From Alphaproteobacteria bacterium (GTDB lineage: Bacteria > Pseudomonadota > Alphaproteobacteria > UBA828), in NCBI GenBank assembly GCA_965214705.1, contig CBDCCI010000002.1, positions 2,688,001 to 2,752,000 on the forward strand: a stretch of 64,000 nucleotides of DNA, given 5' to 3'. This document shows, in pieces, positions 1-12,658 of the stretch. A program made the translations under genes and the position numbers. The notes beneath the pieces were generated by a model. The model ran no database searches and was not told the DNA's origin. It saw only the letters and a list, made by a program, of their open reading frames with translations. Numbering within the stretch: position 1 is the first letter of the stretch; the number at the start of each line of letters is the position of its first letter.

Positions 1-1
1 C

Positions 2-2017
2 GAGGCGGGCCGGGCGCTTGGCGGTGCCATCAGCGCGCTCATGACGGGCACCTCCTACGCGGCCTCGGCGGAGATGGCCGGCGAGTGCGGTTCCTTCCCC
101 GCGTTCGACGATAACCGCGACGCCATGCTCCGGGTGATGCGCAACCACCGCGCGGCCGCCCGCGGCGAGACGGGGAAATTCGAAGGCCTCGATATCCGGC
201 CGGTGCCGCTCGATCACGTCAACCTGCCGGACAAGGCGCTCGGCAAGGCCGCCAAGCGTGCCTGGGACCGGGCCGTGAAGCTCGGCGAGAAGCACGGCTA
301 TCGCAACGCCCAGGCGACGGTGATCGCGCCCACCGGCACCATCGGGCTGGTCATGGATTGCGACACCACCGGCATCGAGCCCGATTTCGCGCTGGTCAAG
401 TTCAAGAAGCTCGCCGGCGGCGGCCACTTCAAGATCATCAACGGCACGGTGCCCAAGGCGCTGAAGACTCTTGGCTACACGGCGCCGCAGATTCGCGCAA
501 TCGTCGCCTACGCCGTCGGCAGCGGTACCCTCAAGGGCGCGCCCGCAATCGACCACGCGGCGCTCGCGCGCAAGGGCTTCACGCCGGCCGCCATCGCGCA
601 GGTCGAGGGCGCTCTCGATGCCGCCTTCGACCTCAACCTCGCGTTCAATAAGTGGACGCTTGGCGAGGATTTCTGCACCGGCTCGCTCGGCCTCGACGCC
701 GGCGATCTCGACAGGCCCGACTTCGACTTGCTCGGCACCATCGGCTTCAGCGCGCGCGAGATCGAGGCGGCCACGCTCTACTGCTGCGGCGCCATGACGC
801 TGGAAGGCGCGCCGCACCTCAAGGACGAGCACCTGCCCGTCTTCGACTGCGCCAATCCCTGCGGGCGCACCGGCTCCAACCGCTGCCTCTCGACCGAGAG
901 CCACGTGCGCATGATGGCGGCGGCCCAGCCCTTCATCTCCGGCGCGATCTCGAAGACCATCAACCTGCCGATGGACGCCACAGTCGAGGATTGCCGCCGG
1001 GCCTACGAGCTCTCCTGGCGCCTCGGCCTCAAGGCCAACGCGCTTTACCGCGACGGCTCCAAGCTCTCCCAGCCTTTGACGGCGCTCGCGCTCGGCGATG
1101 GGCTCGACGAGGCGGCGGAGGAGGAGACAACCGACGCGCCGCCGGCCGTGGCTAGCCGACCCGATCCGCTCGCCGTGGCCGAACGCATCGTCAAGCAGGT
1201 CATCCGCGAGGGCGACCGGCGGCGCCTGCCCCATCGACGGCGCGGCTACACCCAGAAGGCCATCGTCGGCGGGCACAAGGTCTACCTCAGGACCGGCGAG
1301 TTCGAGGACGGCGGACTCGGCGAGATCTTCATCGACATGCACAAGGAGGGCGCGTCCTTCCGCAGTCTGATGAACAACTTCGCGATCTCGATTTCCATCG
1401 GGCTGCAGTATGGCGTGCCGCTGGACGAATACGTCGATGCCTTCACCTTCACCCGGTTCGAGCCGGCGGGGATGGTGGTCAACAACGACGCCATCAAGAT
1501 GAGCACGTCGATCCTCGACTATATCTTCCGCGAGCTCGCCATCTCCTATCTCGGGCGCAGCGACCTCGCCCATGCCGAGGCCGAGGACCTGCTGCCGGAC
1601 ACCATCGGCGGCGGCGAGGAGCAGACCGTGCGCGCACCCATGCTGCCCGACAGAGGCGGGCGTGCCGGTGCGAACGGCGGCACTGACGACCCGGTGAGCG
1701 CCGGCTACGTGCGCTCCAACCTGCTGGTGCTCAACGGCGGTGCCGGCGGCGCGGGCGACGACGAGGCCGGCCGGGCAACCGCCCGCCGCGCGGGCACGGC
1801 GCACGACGCCGAGGTTGCAGCGGTGCAGCCCCGGCACGAGCGGCGGAGCGAAGCTGCGGCGAGCGGTGCGGCGACGGGCGGCCGCGCGCCCCAAACCCAA
1901 GCGCGTGGCAAGGGTTACGAGGGCGAGGCCTGCGGCGATTGCGGAAATTTCACGCTGGTCCGTAACGGGACCTGCATGAAGTGTGTGACTTGTGGCGCTA
2001 CCAGTGGTTGTTCCTGA
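2..2017 (+). CDS. nrdJ: Class II (B12-dependent) ribonucleotide reductase, 5' truncated by the window edge
   Basis: [32 protein letters not shown] and [11 protein letters not shown] motifs; TSCPD-like C-terminal domain; terminal CxxC...[11 protein letters not shown] zinc ribbon. Confidence 0.95.
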   Translation, partial: EAGRALGGAISALMTGTSYAASAEMAGECGSFPAFDDNRDAMLRVMRNHRAAARGETGKFEGLDIRPVPLDHVNLPDKALGKAAKRAWDRAVKLGEKHGYRNAQATVIAPTGTIGLVMDCDTTGIEPDFALVKFKKLAGGGHFKIINGTVPKALKTLGYTAPQIRAIVAYAVGSGTLKGAPAIDHAALARKGFTPAAIAQVEGALDAAFDLNLAFNKWTLGEDFCTGSLGLDAGDLDRPDFDLLGTIGFSAREIEAATLYCCGAMTLEGAPHLKDEHLPVFDCANPCGRTGSNRCLSTESHVRMMAAAQPFISGAISKTINLPMDATVEDCRRAYELSWRLGLKANALYRDGSKLSQPLTALALGDGLDEAAEEETTDAPPAVASRPDPLAVAERIVKQVIREGDRRRLPHRRRGYTQKAIVGGHKVYLRTGEFEDGGLGEIFIDMHKEGASFRSLMNNFAISISIGLQYGVPLDEYVDAFTFTRFEPAGMVVNNDAIKMSTSILDYIFRELAISYLGRSDLAHAEAEDLLPDTIGGGEEQTVRAPMLPDRGGRAGANGGTDDPVSAGYVRSNLLVLNGGAGGAGDDEAGRATARRAGTAHDAEVAAVQPRHERRSEAAASGAATGGRAPQTQARGKGYEGEACGDCGNFTLVRNGTCMKCVTCGATSGCS

Positions 2018-2055
2018 CGACCGTCCATCTCCCGCGGTCATGAACCACTGGCACT

Positions 2056-2088
2056 GGGGAGTGCGTGCAATGCGCACTCCCCTTCTTT
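2056..2088 (+). terminator. Intrinsic terminator after nrdJ
   Basis: Stem GGGGAGTGCG/CGCACTCCCC followed by TTCTTT. Confidence 0.7.
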
Positions 2089-2212
2089 CCCCGCCTATTG
2101 CAGCGCCCTTTGCCGGAGCCGTCAAGCGGCCTGAGTGACAACGATATATCAGAATTGAACACCGAAGCAGTCGGCGGCGGCACCATTAGGAGGCTTGAGC
2201 AGAGGCACACCG

Positions 2213-3121
2213 ATGAGCGTCACCAAGAGACTCGGCTTGCTAGGCACCTTGGCTGTGGCTCTGGTGCTGGGCCTCGCGGCGTGTCAGACGTCGGGAACGA
2301 TGACCTCGCTCGTCACCGACACGGGAGAAGAGACGTTCACATCCTGGCTCGCCAAGCCCGACGGCGAGGGCCCCTTCCCCGCCGTCGTCCTGATGCACGG
2401 CTGCAGCGGGACCGAGAGGAACACATCGCATCAAACGGTATGGCGGGGCTTGAACCGTCATGTCGCGCGGCTGAACGATTACGGCTACGTCACGCTCATC
2501 GTCGACAGCTTCGGGCCGCGCCGCATCACCGATGGCTGCCAGACCGGCGGCAAGTACTACCCCGTACAACTAAGCGACGCCCATGCCGCCTTCGACCATC
2601 TGGCATCGCTGTCGTTCGTGGACGCAGAACGAATTGGCTTTGCAGGTTGGTCTCTCGGCGGCGGCACTGCGCTGCGTCTGGCTGCGGAGGGTTTCGGCAG
2701 AGTGACATCGGGTTACAGCGCAGTCGTTGCCTACTATCCCTATTGTAGCGACTACTTCTTCACCTTCGATCTTCCGGTCTTGATCCTGATCGGCGCCGAT
2801 GATGACTGGACGCCGGCGCGGCTATGCAGGGCAATCGCGAAGCGCGCTCCCGAGCACATCGATTTGACGGTGTATCCCGATACCCACCATTCCTTCGACC
2901 TACCAATGGGCGGGCCCTACTATATCGAGGGTGCAAACGGCGAGTTCCACAGGACCCAAGGGAATGACAAGGCGTATCGGGATGCGCAGGCGCGCATGCT
3001 GGCCTTCTTCGCGAAACACCTTGGCGGGCCGTATCCGGCCACGGCCAGCGCGGGAGTCGACGCCGCAGGTCACTCGGGCTTTGGAAACATCTTGCGTGCC
3101 GCCTTCGCGCTGAACGATTAG
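2213..3121 (+). CDS. Dienelactone hydrolase family lipoprotein
   Basis: Lipobox-like LAAC; GPFPAVVLMHGCSG; nucleophile elbow GWSLGG; GADDDWTP; HHSFD. Confidence 0.85.
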   Translation: MSVTKRLGLLGTLAVALVLGLAACQTSGTMTSLVTDTGEETFTSWLAKPDGEGPFPAVVLMHGCSGTERNTSHQTVWRGLNRHVARLNDYGYVTLIVDSFGPRRITDGCQTGGKYYPVQLSDAHAAFDHLASLSFVDAERIGFAGWSLGGGTALRLAAEGFGRVTSGYSAVVAYYPYCSDYFFTFDLPVLILIGADDDWTPARLCRAIAKRAPEHIDLTVYPDTHHSFDLPMGGPYYIEGANGEFHRTQGNDKAYRDAQARMLAFFAKHLGGPYPATASAGVDAAGHSGFGNILRAAFALND

Positions 3122-3192
3122 TCTCTCGGCCCGACCGGCCGGGACCCGCCCGTCCCACGCCTCGACCGCACCCATCACGGCAAGAGGGAACG

Positions 3193-3894
3193 ATGACGCC
3201 GAGCGCCTTCCGCGCCTTCACCTTCGATTGCTACGGCACTCTGATCGACTGGGAGCAGGGCATGCTTCGGGCACTGCGCACGCTCGCAGGAATCGATGCC
3301 GACGACGAGGCACTGCTCGCCGCCTTCGCCCGGCACGAGCACACGATCCAGGAACAGAACCCGGCCTTGCGCTACCCCGAGGTGTTGAGTCGTGCCTGCA
3401 AGGCGATCGCGGCCGACTTCGGCCATGCTGCGACCGATGAACAGGCCGCCGCCTTCGGTGCCTCGATCGCCGACTGGCCGCCTTTTCCCGATTCAGTCGA
3501 GGCCCTCGCCTACCTGCGCGAGCACGGCTTGCTGATGGTGCTCTCGAACGTGGACCGCGCGTCCTTCGCCGTGAGCGCCCGGCGCCTGGGCGATCCCTTC
3601 CACGCCGTCGTCACAGCCGAGGATGTGGGGAGCTACAAGCCCGCGCCCGCGCACTTCGAGCGCGCCAAGGCGCTGCTCGCGGACGAAGGGATCGCGCCCG
3701 GCGAGGTGCTCCACGTGGCTCAGAGCCTGTTCCACGACGTGCAGCCCGGCCGCGGCGCGGGCTTTTCCACCTGCTGGATCGATCGCCGCGCAGGCCGCCC
3801 CGGTGGTGCCACGCCGCCGGTGGACGTGGAGCCGGACATCACCTTCACCGACCTCGCCTCCCTCGCCGCCTGGCACCGCGCGGGCGGCGCCTGA
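3193..3894 (+). CDS. HAD-family hydrolase (haloacid dehalogenase type II-like)
   Basis: FDCYGTLIDWE motif I; LSNVD; GSYKP; HVAQSLFHDV. Confidence 0.9.
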   Translation: MTPSAFRAFTFDCYGTLIDWEQGMLRALRTLAGIDADDEALLAAFARHEHTIQEQNPALRYPEVLSRACKAIAADFGHAATDEQAAAFGASIADWPPFPDSVEALAYLREHGLLMVLSNVDRASFAVSARRLGDPFHAVVTAEDVGSYKPAPAHFERAKALLADEGIAPGEVLHVAQSLFHDVQPGRGAGFSTCWIDRRAGRPGGATPPVDVEPDITFTDLASLAAWHRAGGA

Positions 3895-3929
3895 GCAGAC
3901 CGCGGTGCTGGGCGGCCGCGACGACGCCC

Positions 3930-4304
3930 CTACTCGTGCACGTCGAAGCGGAAGGACTTGGAGACGATCTTCCAGTCGCCGTCGATCTTGACGAGGCTCA
4001 GGAAGTCGGTGAAGTAGCGCGGATGGATCGCGCACTCGCAGGTCACGACGGCGGTGTTCTCGTCCGACATGTCGATGGAGAGGATCTTGTCGAAGCGCGC
4101 CTGCCCCGTCGACGCCGGCGGCACGCGGCCCCTCACGATTTCGAACCACTCCTCGCGCGGCCAGTCGACGAACTTGCCGTCCATGTTCGCGAAGAGGCGG
4201 CTGGACGGGTGAAAGATCGTGGCGAGCTTCTCGGTGTCGCACTCGTAAAGCCCGTCGAAATAGACCTGCACCACATCGGTAATCTCTTGGTAGCTGTTGC
4301 TCAT
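3930..4304 (-). CDS. NTF2/SnoaL-like (lumazine-binding-like) protein
   Basis: YFDGLY...D.EKL..IFHP and FTDFLSLVKIDGDWKIVSK pattern; ATG 4304 preceded by GGGAGGGAG. Confidence 0.8.
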   Translation of the reverse strand: MSNSYQEITDVVQVYFDGLYECDTEKLATIFHPSSRLFANMDGKFVDWPREEWFEIVRGRVPPASTGQARFDKILSIDMSDENTAVVTCECAIHPRYFTDFLSLVKIDGDWKIVSKSFRFDVHE

Positions 4305-4501
4305 TCGTGCTCCCTCCCGGTCCCTTGCGGCCCCTCGGCCGATTCCGCCGGCCACGGACCCCGTATAGGCTTTTCTCCCGGCCCACAAGAGCCGCATCGC
4401 CGGCGCCGAGCTTGATCCCCGGGCGGGCCGGCGTGCTACCGTCACACTCTGCGACAGCGAGGACCGACCGGAGGCCGCGCCGGAGCGCGGGAGGGAGACC
4501 G

Positions 4502-5692
4502 ATGAAGACGGTCGTGCGGAACAAGCAGTGGGCGGAGAAGTATCCCGACCTCGGGACCGAGCCGGTGCCCACCGAGCCCTACTACTCGGATGAACACCAC
4601 GCCCTCGAGCGCGAGCGCATCTTCCGCCGGTGCTGGATCAATGTGGGCCGCGTGGACGAAATCCCCGAGCCGGGCGATTACTTCGTGCGCGACATCGCCA
4701 TCTGCAAGACCTCCGTGCTGATCATCCGGGGCTCGGACGGTGTCGTGCGCGGCTTCCACAACGTCTGCTCGCATCGCGGCAACAGGCTGATTCTGGACGA
4801 ACGCGGCTCGTGCCCCGGCAGCGTCTACTGCCACTTCCACAACTGGGTCTACAGCGACACGGGCGAGTTAATCCGCGTGCCCGACGAGGAGAACTTCTTC
4901 GACCTCGACAAGCGCGACCACGGGCTCACCCCGGTCAACACGGATTTCTGGGAGGGCTTCGTCTTCGTCCACCTTGAACCGGAACCTGCGGAGACGCTGC
5001 GGCAATATCTCGGCGGCGTCGCCGACCAACTCGACGGCTGCCCGTTCCACGAGATGAGATTGATGCAGACCTACAAGGTGGAGGAGCAAGCCAACTGGAA
5101 GGTGGCGCTCGACGCGCAGAACGAACTCTATCACCTGCCGTTCCAGCACCGCCTGATCGTGGGTGATGCCTTCGTTAAGAACGACAAGGGCCTCATTCGC
5201 TTCCAGGACGTCAATCTCTACAACTATCACAGCGTCTGGTCGTGCGAGAACAACCCGACCCGCGCACTGCCACCGCTGGAGAGCATGCTGTTCGACGGCG
5301 ACGACGGGGCTCCCGTGATCCGCATCCCGCAGATGATTGGCGAGTTCGACTTCTTCGTGGTGTTCCCGAACTTCGTGCTGCTGCTGTTCGATGTCGGCAA
5401 TTCGACGAGCTACATCAGCTACAATTTCTGGCCGCTCGCCGTGGACCGAACGATCTGGGAGATCCGCATGCACTTCAGGGAACCCAGGTCCACGCGTGAA
5501 CGGCTGCAGCAGGAGTATTTCAAGTGCATCATTCGCGATGCGCTGCAAGAGGACGCATTCGCGCACGAGAACATTCATGCGGGTCTCGCCTCGCGCGCGA
5601 AGTCGCACGTGATCCTGCAAGACGAAGAGGCGCCGATCCGCTACTTCCACAAGGTTCTGGAGGATTACTGCGGGTTCTACCGGAACGCGTGA
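4502..5692 (+). CDS. Rieske non-heme iron aromatic ring-hydroxylating oxygenase, alpha subunit
   Basis: Rieske ligands CSHRG...CHFHNW; mononuclear iron site ELYHLPFQH; ANWKV; QED. Confidence 0.9.
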   Translation: MKTVVRNKQWAEKYPDLGTEPVPTEPYYSDEHHALERERIFRRCWINVGRVDEIPEPGDYFVRDIAICKTSVLIIRGSDGVVRGFHNVCSHRGNRLILDERGSCPGSVYCHFHNWVYSDTGELIRVPDEENFFDLDKRDHGLTPVNTDFWEGFVFVHLEPEPAETLRQYLGGVADQLDGCPFHEMRLMQTYKVEEQANWKVALDAQNELYHLPFQHRLIVGDAFVKNDKGLIRFQDVNLYNYHSVWSCENNPTRALPPLESMLFDGDDGAPVIRIPQMIGEFDFFVVFPNFVLLLFDVGNSTSYISYNFWPLAVDRTIWEIRMHFREPRSTRERLQQEYFKCIIRDALQEDAFAHENIHAGLASRAKSHVILQDEEAPIRYFHKVLEDYCGFYRNA

Positions 5693-5723
5693 GGAGCGCG
5701 GGCGGAAGGAAGGAACGCGCACG

Positions 5724-6047
5724 ATGGCCGACGCTGCGTTGCCGGACGGGTTCGAGGACCTCGCACCTTGGCTCGACTGGGCGCTGGAGCCCGAGCGCGC
5801 GCGCACGGCGAAGAAAACCGAGTCCTCGATGGAGGAGCTCCGCGCCTTCTACGACGCGATGATGCCGCGCATGGAGGAGATCATCGCCTACCTGGATGGC
5901 GTTCCTGGCGACGACAGGCCGGCGCCGGCGCACCGCCTCTACCTGATCACCCTCTCACTCGTCGAAGTCGCCAACCTGGCGGAGATTTACAAGCGTCGCG
6001 AGGTCATCGAGGCCTGCGACCCGCTGCACTTCAACCCTCAGCACTGA
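5724..6047 (+). CDS. Small hypothetical protein co-oriented with the Rieske oxygenase
   Basis: AAGGAAGGA RBS; codon usage fits the genome; LPDGFEDLAPW...ELRAFYDAMMPR. Confidence 0.7.
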   Translation: MADAALPDGFEDLAPWLDWALEPERARTAKKTESSMEELRAFYDAMMPRMEEIIAYLDGVPGDDRPAPAHRLYLITLSLVEVANLAEIYKRREVIEACDPLHFNPQH

Positions 6048-6068
6048 GGGGAAGTGCTTCCGTCTCGA

Positions 6069-6467
6069 TCAATCGAGCAAGCGAGCCTGCAACCACTCGG
6101 CAAGTTCAGCCTCACCGGCGCGGCCGGCCGCGACGCTCTCCATTATGCGGATCGCTTCCAAATGATCGAAGACGAGGCGGTAATCGTTATCCAGCAAAAA
6201 TAGGCGCCCGACGACCCAGGCCACTCGTTTGTTGCCGTCGACGAACCCGTGATTCTTGGCCAACCCATACATGTAGGTGGCGGCCAGCGCGGCGGCATCG
6301 GGATCGTCGTACGCCGCGAGATTCACCGGGCGGGCTAAGGCCGACTCGATTGCTCCAAGATCGCGTATGCCGCCTGAGCCGCCGTGCTCGGCAATTTGAC
6401 GGTCATGGATGGCCAAGACAACATTCAGACCGATCCAGTTCCAAGAATCATGACCTTCTGCGCTCAC
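6069..6467 (-). CDS. doc: Doc (death-on-curing, Fic family) toxin
   Basis: HGGSGGIRD and NHGFVDGNKR Fic/Doc motif; GTGA overlap with the antitoxin stop. Confidence 0.9.
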   Translation of the reverse strand: MSAEGHDSWNWIGLNVVLAIHDRQIAEHGGSGGIRDLGAIESALARPVNLAAYDDPDAAALAATYMYGLAKNHGFVDGNKRVAWVVGRLFLLDNDYRLVFDHLEAIRIMESVAAGRAGEAELAEWLQARLLD

Positions 6468-6691
6468 TTCGCGAGCGCCCGCAGCACCTCGCGGTCGTCG
6501 TGCATGATCTCTTCGGCAAGCGCCATCTGGCGCGCGAAGTCAGGGTCGTACGGGGTTAGCCGGTAGCCGCCGTCCGGCGCTTCGGTCAGATAGAGCGTAT
6601 CGCCCTTCTTCACGCGAAGGCGCGCCATCGCCTCCTTGGTGAGGATGACGCCAGACGATGCACCGACGGTGGTGATCTTGAAGGAGAGCAC
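6464..6691 (-). CDS. AbrB/MazE-family antitoxin
   Basis: KITTVGASSGVILTKE...LRVKKGDTL AbrB fold; C-terminus ...REVLRALAK typical of Doc partners. Confidence 0.88.
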   Translation of the reverse strand: MLSFKITTVGASSGVILTKEAMARLRVKKGDTLYLTEAPDGGYRLTPYDPDFARQMALAEEIMHDDREVLRALAK

Positions 6692-6700
6692 AGGAAACCT

Positions 6701-6730
6701 CCATCTATATAATCATCATTATATAGATGG
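6701..6730. promoter_or_regulatory. Palindromic operator over the TA promoter
   Basis: Perfect 13-bp arms CCATCTATATAAT-CATC-ATTATATAGATGG containing TATAAT and overlapping the GGAGG RBS of the antitoxin. Confidence 0.8.
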
Positions 6731-6791
6731 GCTGAGGAAATCTACAAGTGAATAACCGCCCAGGTGGCACGCCGCCGGGACAAATGAGCCT

Positions 6792-8591
6792 CTACCCCTC
6801 ATCCCCCGTCTCCCGCGCAGGCGGCAGGTCGAGCTTGAGGCTCAGCTCCTTGAGGTGCCTGTCCGGCACGGTCGCCGGCGCCCCCATCATCAGGTCCTGC
6901 GCCGTCTGGTTGAGTGGGAACATGATGACCTCGCGGATGTTGGGCTCGTCCGAGAGCAGCATGACGATCCGGTCGATCCCAGGTGCGATGCCGCCGTGGG
7001 GTGGCGCGCCGTACTGGAAGGCGTGGTAGAGCGCGCCGAAGCGCCGCTTCACCTCGTCCTCGCCGTAGCCCGCGATCTCGAACGCCTTGACCATCAGATC
7101 GGGCTGGTGATTGCGGATCGCGCCGCTGGAAAGCTCCACGCCGTTGCAAACGATGTCGTACTGGTAGGCGAGCACGCTTAGCGGATCGTCGCTCTCCAGC
7201 GCCTCCATCCCGCCTTGCGGCATGGAGAAGGGGTTGTGGCTGAAGCCGACGGCGCCGGTCTCCCCGTCGCGCTCGAACATCGGGTAGTCGACGATCCAGC
7301 AGAACGCGAACCTGTCCTCGTCGACCAAATCCAGCCGCTTGCCGAGTTCCAGCCGCACGGCGCCTGCGTAGCGCGCGGCTGCGTCCGGCCTGTCGCAGCT
7401 CAGGAAGACCGCATCGCCGTCCTCCAGGCCCGCGATCGCGCGAATCTCGTCCTGCACCGCCTCCGGCACGAACTTCGCGATCGGCCCCTTGCCGGCGCCG
7501 TCAGCAAAGGTGATGTAACCGAGGCCAGGCGCGCCCAGGTCTTGGGCGAATCCGATCATCCGGTCGAAGAAGCTGCGCGGCCGGTCGGCGATCCCCTTCA
7601 CCGGAATGCCGCGCACGACGCCTCCCTTGGCAATCGTGCCCTTGAAGGCCTTGAACGTGACCTCCTCGCGCCCGAACTGCTCGGTGAGGTCGACAATCTC
7701 GATGGGGATGCGCAAGTCCGGCTTGTCCGTGCCGAAGCGCAGCATCGCGTCCTTGTAGGCGAAGCGCGGGAACGGCGGTTTGGTGACCGCGCGCTCGGTG
7801 AACTCCGTGAAGACGCCGTGCATCACCGGCTCCAGCGCGTCGAACACGTCCTCCTGCTCGACGAACGCCATCTCCACATCGAGCTGGTAGAACTCGCCGG
7901 GGGAGCGGTCGGCGCGCGCGTCCTCGTCGCGGAAGCAGGGCGCGATCTGAAAGTAGCGGTCGAAACCAGACGCCATGACCAGCTGCTTGAACTGCTGCGG
8001 CGCCTGCGGCAGCGCGTAGAAGGTGCCGGGATGCAGCCGGCTCGGCACCAGGAAATCCCGCGCGCCCTCGGGCGAGCTCGCGGTCAGGATCGGCGTGTGG
8101 CACTCCATGAAGCCCTGCTCGACCATGTGCCGGCGGATGCTGGCGACGATGGCGCTGCGGCGCACCATGTTCTGGTGCATGCGCTCGCGCCTAAGGTCGA
8201 GGAAGCGGTAGCGGAGCCGCACCTCCTCGCCATAGTCGTGCTCGCCGTGAACCGGCAACGGCAGGGTCTCGGCCGCGTTCTGCACCTGGAGCTCGGCGAT
8301 CCGCACCTCGACCTCGCCGGTCGGGATCTTGGGGTTCACGGTCTCGGCGTCACGCGTGACCACCGGGCCGGTCAGCGTCACCACCGTCTCCGGCTTGAGC
8401 GCCGTCACCGCGTCGAACAGCGGCTCGCCGCTCTCGGCAACGCACTGGGTGATGCCGTAGTGATCGCGCAGGTCCACGAAGACGAGGTGGCCGTGATCGC
8501 GCACCCGATGAACCCAGCCGGAGAGGCGCACGGTCGAGCCGACATCGGACGGCCTGAGCGCGCCGCAGGTATGCGTACGGAATCGATGCAT
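6792..8591 (-). CDS. aspS: Aspartate--tRNA ligase
   Basis: RTHTCG; FVDLRDHYG; [12 protein letters not shown]; [14 protein letters not shown]. Confidence 0.97.
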   Translation of the reverse strand: MHRFRTHTCGALRPSDVGSTVRLSGWVHRVRDHGHLVFVDLRDHYGITQCVAESGEPLFDAVTALKPETVVTLTGPVVTRDAETVNPKIPTGEVEVRIAELQVQNAAETLPLPVHGEHDYGEEVRLRYRFLDLRRERMHQNMVRRSAIVASIRRHMVEQGFMECHTPILTASSPEGARDFLVPSRLHPGTFYALPQAPQQFKQLVMASGFDRYFQIAPCFRDEDARADRSPGEFYQLDVEMAFVEQEDVFDALEPVMHGVFTEFTERAVTKPPFPRFAYKDAMLRFGTDKPDLRIPIEIVDLTEQFGREEVTFKAFKGTIAKGGVVRGIPVKGIADRPRSFFDRMIGFAQDLGAPGLGYITFADGAGKGPIAKFVPEAVQDEIRAIAGLEDGDAVFLSCDRPDAAARYAGAVRLELGKRLDLVDEDRFAFCWIVDYPMFERDGETGAVGFSHNPFSMPQGGMEALESDDPLSVLAYQYDIVCNGVELSSGAIRNHQPDLMVKAFEIAGYGEDEVKRRFGALYHAFQYGAPPHGGIAPGIDRIVMLLSDEPNIREVIMFPLNQTAQDLMMGAPATVPDRHLKELSLKLDLPPARETGDEG

Positions 8592-8725
8592 GGCGGGAGG
8601 CCCCGTGGTGCGTGAGGTGGTGGGTGATGCCCGGAGCGGGCCGAGCCGGGCCGGAAAAGCGCACGGAACCGGACGCCTTGTCAAGCGCCGCTCCAGGCCG
8701 GCGCCGCGGCGCCGCTCAAGTCACG

Positions 8726-9502
8726 TCAATGCAGCGTCGCGATGTCCTCGGCGGTCTCCTCGCCGGGCTGCTTGCCGAGAATGATCATGCTCAGCACCTG
8801 GTCCTTGGTGACCTCGGCGGTGCGGTGCGTGCCGATCTGGCGACCGTTCGTCATCACCGTGATCCGGTCCGAAAGGTCGAACACGTCGTGAATGTCGTGG
8901 GAGATCAGGACCATGCCGATCCCCTCTGACTTGAGCCGGATCACAAGCTCCTTGAAGACCGCGGTCTCCCGGTGCCCGAGGGCAGCGGTCGGTTCGTCCA
9001 TGATCAGGACCTTGGTGTCGAAATAGAGTGCCCGCCCGATCGCCACCGACTGGCGCTGGCCGCCGGAGAGCCGCTGCACCGGCTCGCGCAGGTTCACGAA
9101 GTTGGGGTTGATGCGGGCGATGACCTCGCGGGTGGCCTTCTCCATGGCGTTGCCGTCGAGGGTCGCCCAGCGGGTCATGATCTCGCGGCCGAGAAACAGG
9201 TTGGCCACCGCGTCGAGATGGTCGGCCAGCGCCAGGTCCTGATAGAGCGTCTCGATGCCGAGGTCCCTGGCGTCGCGGGGATTGTGGATCGAGACCTTCT
9301 CGCCCTGCATGTAAATCTCGCCGCTGTCCATGCGGTAGGCACCGGCGAGAATCTTGATGAGCGTCGACTTGCCGGCCCCGTTGTGGCCGACGACACCGAG
9401 CACCTCGCCGCCCTGGACCGTGACCGAGACATCCTCGACCGCGTGGGTGCCGCCGAAGCTCTTGTAGATGTTGCGCATCTCGATCAGCGGCGGCGCGCTC
9501 AT
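8726..9502 (-). CDS. Sugar ABC transporter ATP-binding protein
   Basis: Walker [10 protein letters not shown]; LSGGQRQ; [10 protein letters not shown]; [11 protein letters not shown]. Confidence 0.92.
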   Translation of the reverse strand: MSAPPLIEMRNIYKSFGGTHAVEDVSVTVQGGEVLGVVGHNGAGKSTLIKILAGAYRMDSGEIYMQGEKVSIHNPRDARDLGIETLYQDLALADHLDAVANLFLGREIMTRWATLDGNAMEKATREVIARINPNFVNLREPVQRLSGGQRQSVAIGRALYFDTKVLIMDEPTAALGHRETAVFKELVIRLKSEGIGMVLISHDIHDVFDLSDRITVMTNGRQIGTHRTAEVTKDQVLSMIILGKQPGEETAEDIATLH

Positions 9503-9610
9503 CGTATCCCCCTGCGGGTCAAGCGACGTCGTACTGACGGGACATTCTCGAAAGCGCGCCTCTGGCCGTCAAGCACCGGCCCCGCCCTGTGGCATGGGCT
9601 CATGCGCGGC

Positions 9611-10105
9611 CTACTCCGACGCGGCGCCTTCCTTGAACTGCTCGATGGCCTCCGCCAGCTCCTCGGTCTCTTCGCAAGACGCGCAGATGTCCTGCAGGGT
9701 CGCGAGATGCCCCTCGGCCTTGGCCAGATCGCCGACGATCAGATAGGCCTCGCCGATATATTCGTGGGCGCCGAGGTGCCGGGGGTCGAGGTCGAGCGCG
9801 CGCCCATAATTCTCGAAGGCATCGTCGATCCGGTCCAAATGGCGATAGCTATAGGCGAGCAGGTTGAAGACATCGGCGTTGCGCGGGTTGGACTCGGCCG
9901 CGCGCTCCAGGAATGCCGCGGCGCGCTCCCAGTCGCCGGCCTCGATCGCCTGCTTGCCGCGCTCGATGTTGCGCTGGTCGGCCTGGGACGCTGCGTTGCT
10001 CGTGCTGCTGGAGCTCCCCGCAGCGATGGCGTCCGACACGGGAAGCATGGCCAGGGCGCCGCCGAGCAGCAGGATGGCGGCGAAAACTCTTGTGTGAATC
10101 GTCAT
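9611..10105 (-). CDS. Exported tetratricopeptide-repeat protein
   Basis: Signal peptide; NPRNADVFNLLAYSYR and ALDLDPRHLGAHEYIGEAY TPR pattern. Confidence 0.85.
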   Translation of the reverse strand: MTIHTRVFAAILLLGGALAMLPVSDAIAAGSSSSTSNAASQADQRNIERGKQAIEAGDWERAAAFLERAAESNPRNADVFNLLAYSYRHLDRIDDAFENYGRALDLDPRHLGAHEYIGEAYLIVGDLAKAEGHLATLQDICASCEETEELAEAIEQFKEGAASE

Positions 10106-10166
10106 GTCGCACCTCTGCGGCTGAGTTGGGTCGACGGCCTCGTCCGGCCCGACCACGCCGCCGGCC

Positions 10167-12492
<2,326 letters not shown>

Positions 12493-12658
12493 CTCCCTCG
12501 TTTTGCTCGGTATCGCAGCCTAGGCGCGTGGCAATCCGGCGCGCAACGGGGCGCGTGGACGGTCAATGGTAGTGCGCCTATAGTGAACTTCCCCGGCGCT
12601 CGGCGAAGCAAGACCAAGAACCCGATGGCGCCCGGACAAGAATGGGAGGAATGGAACG

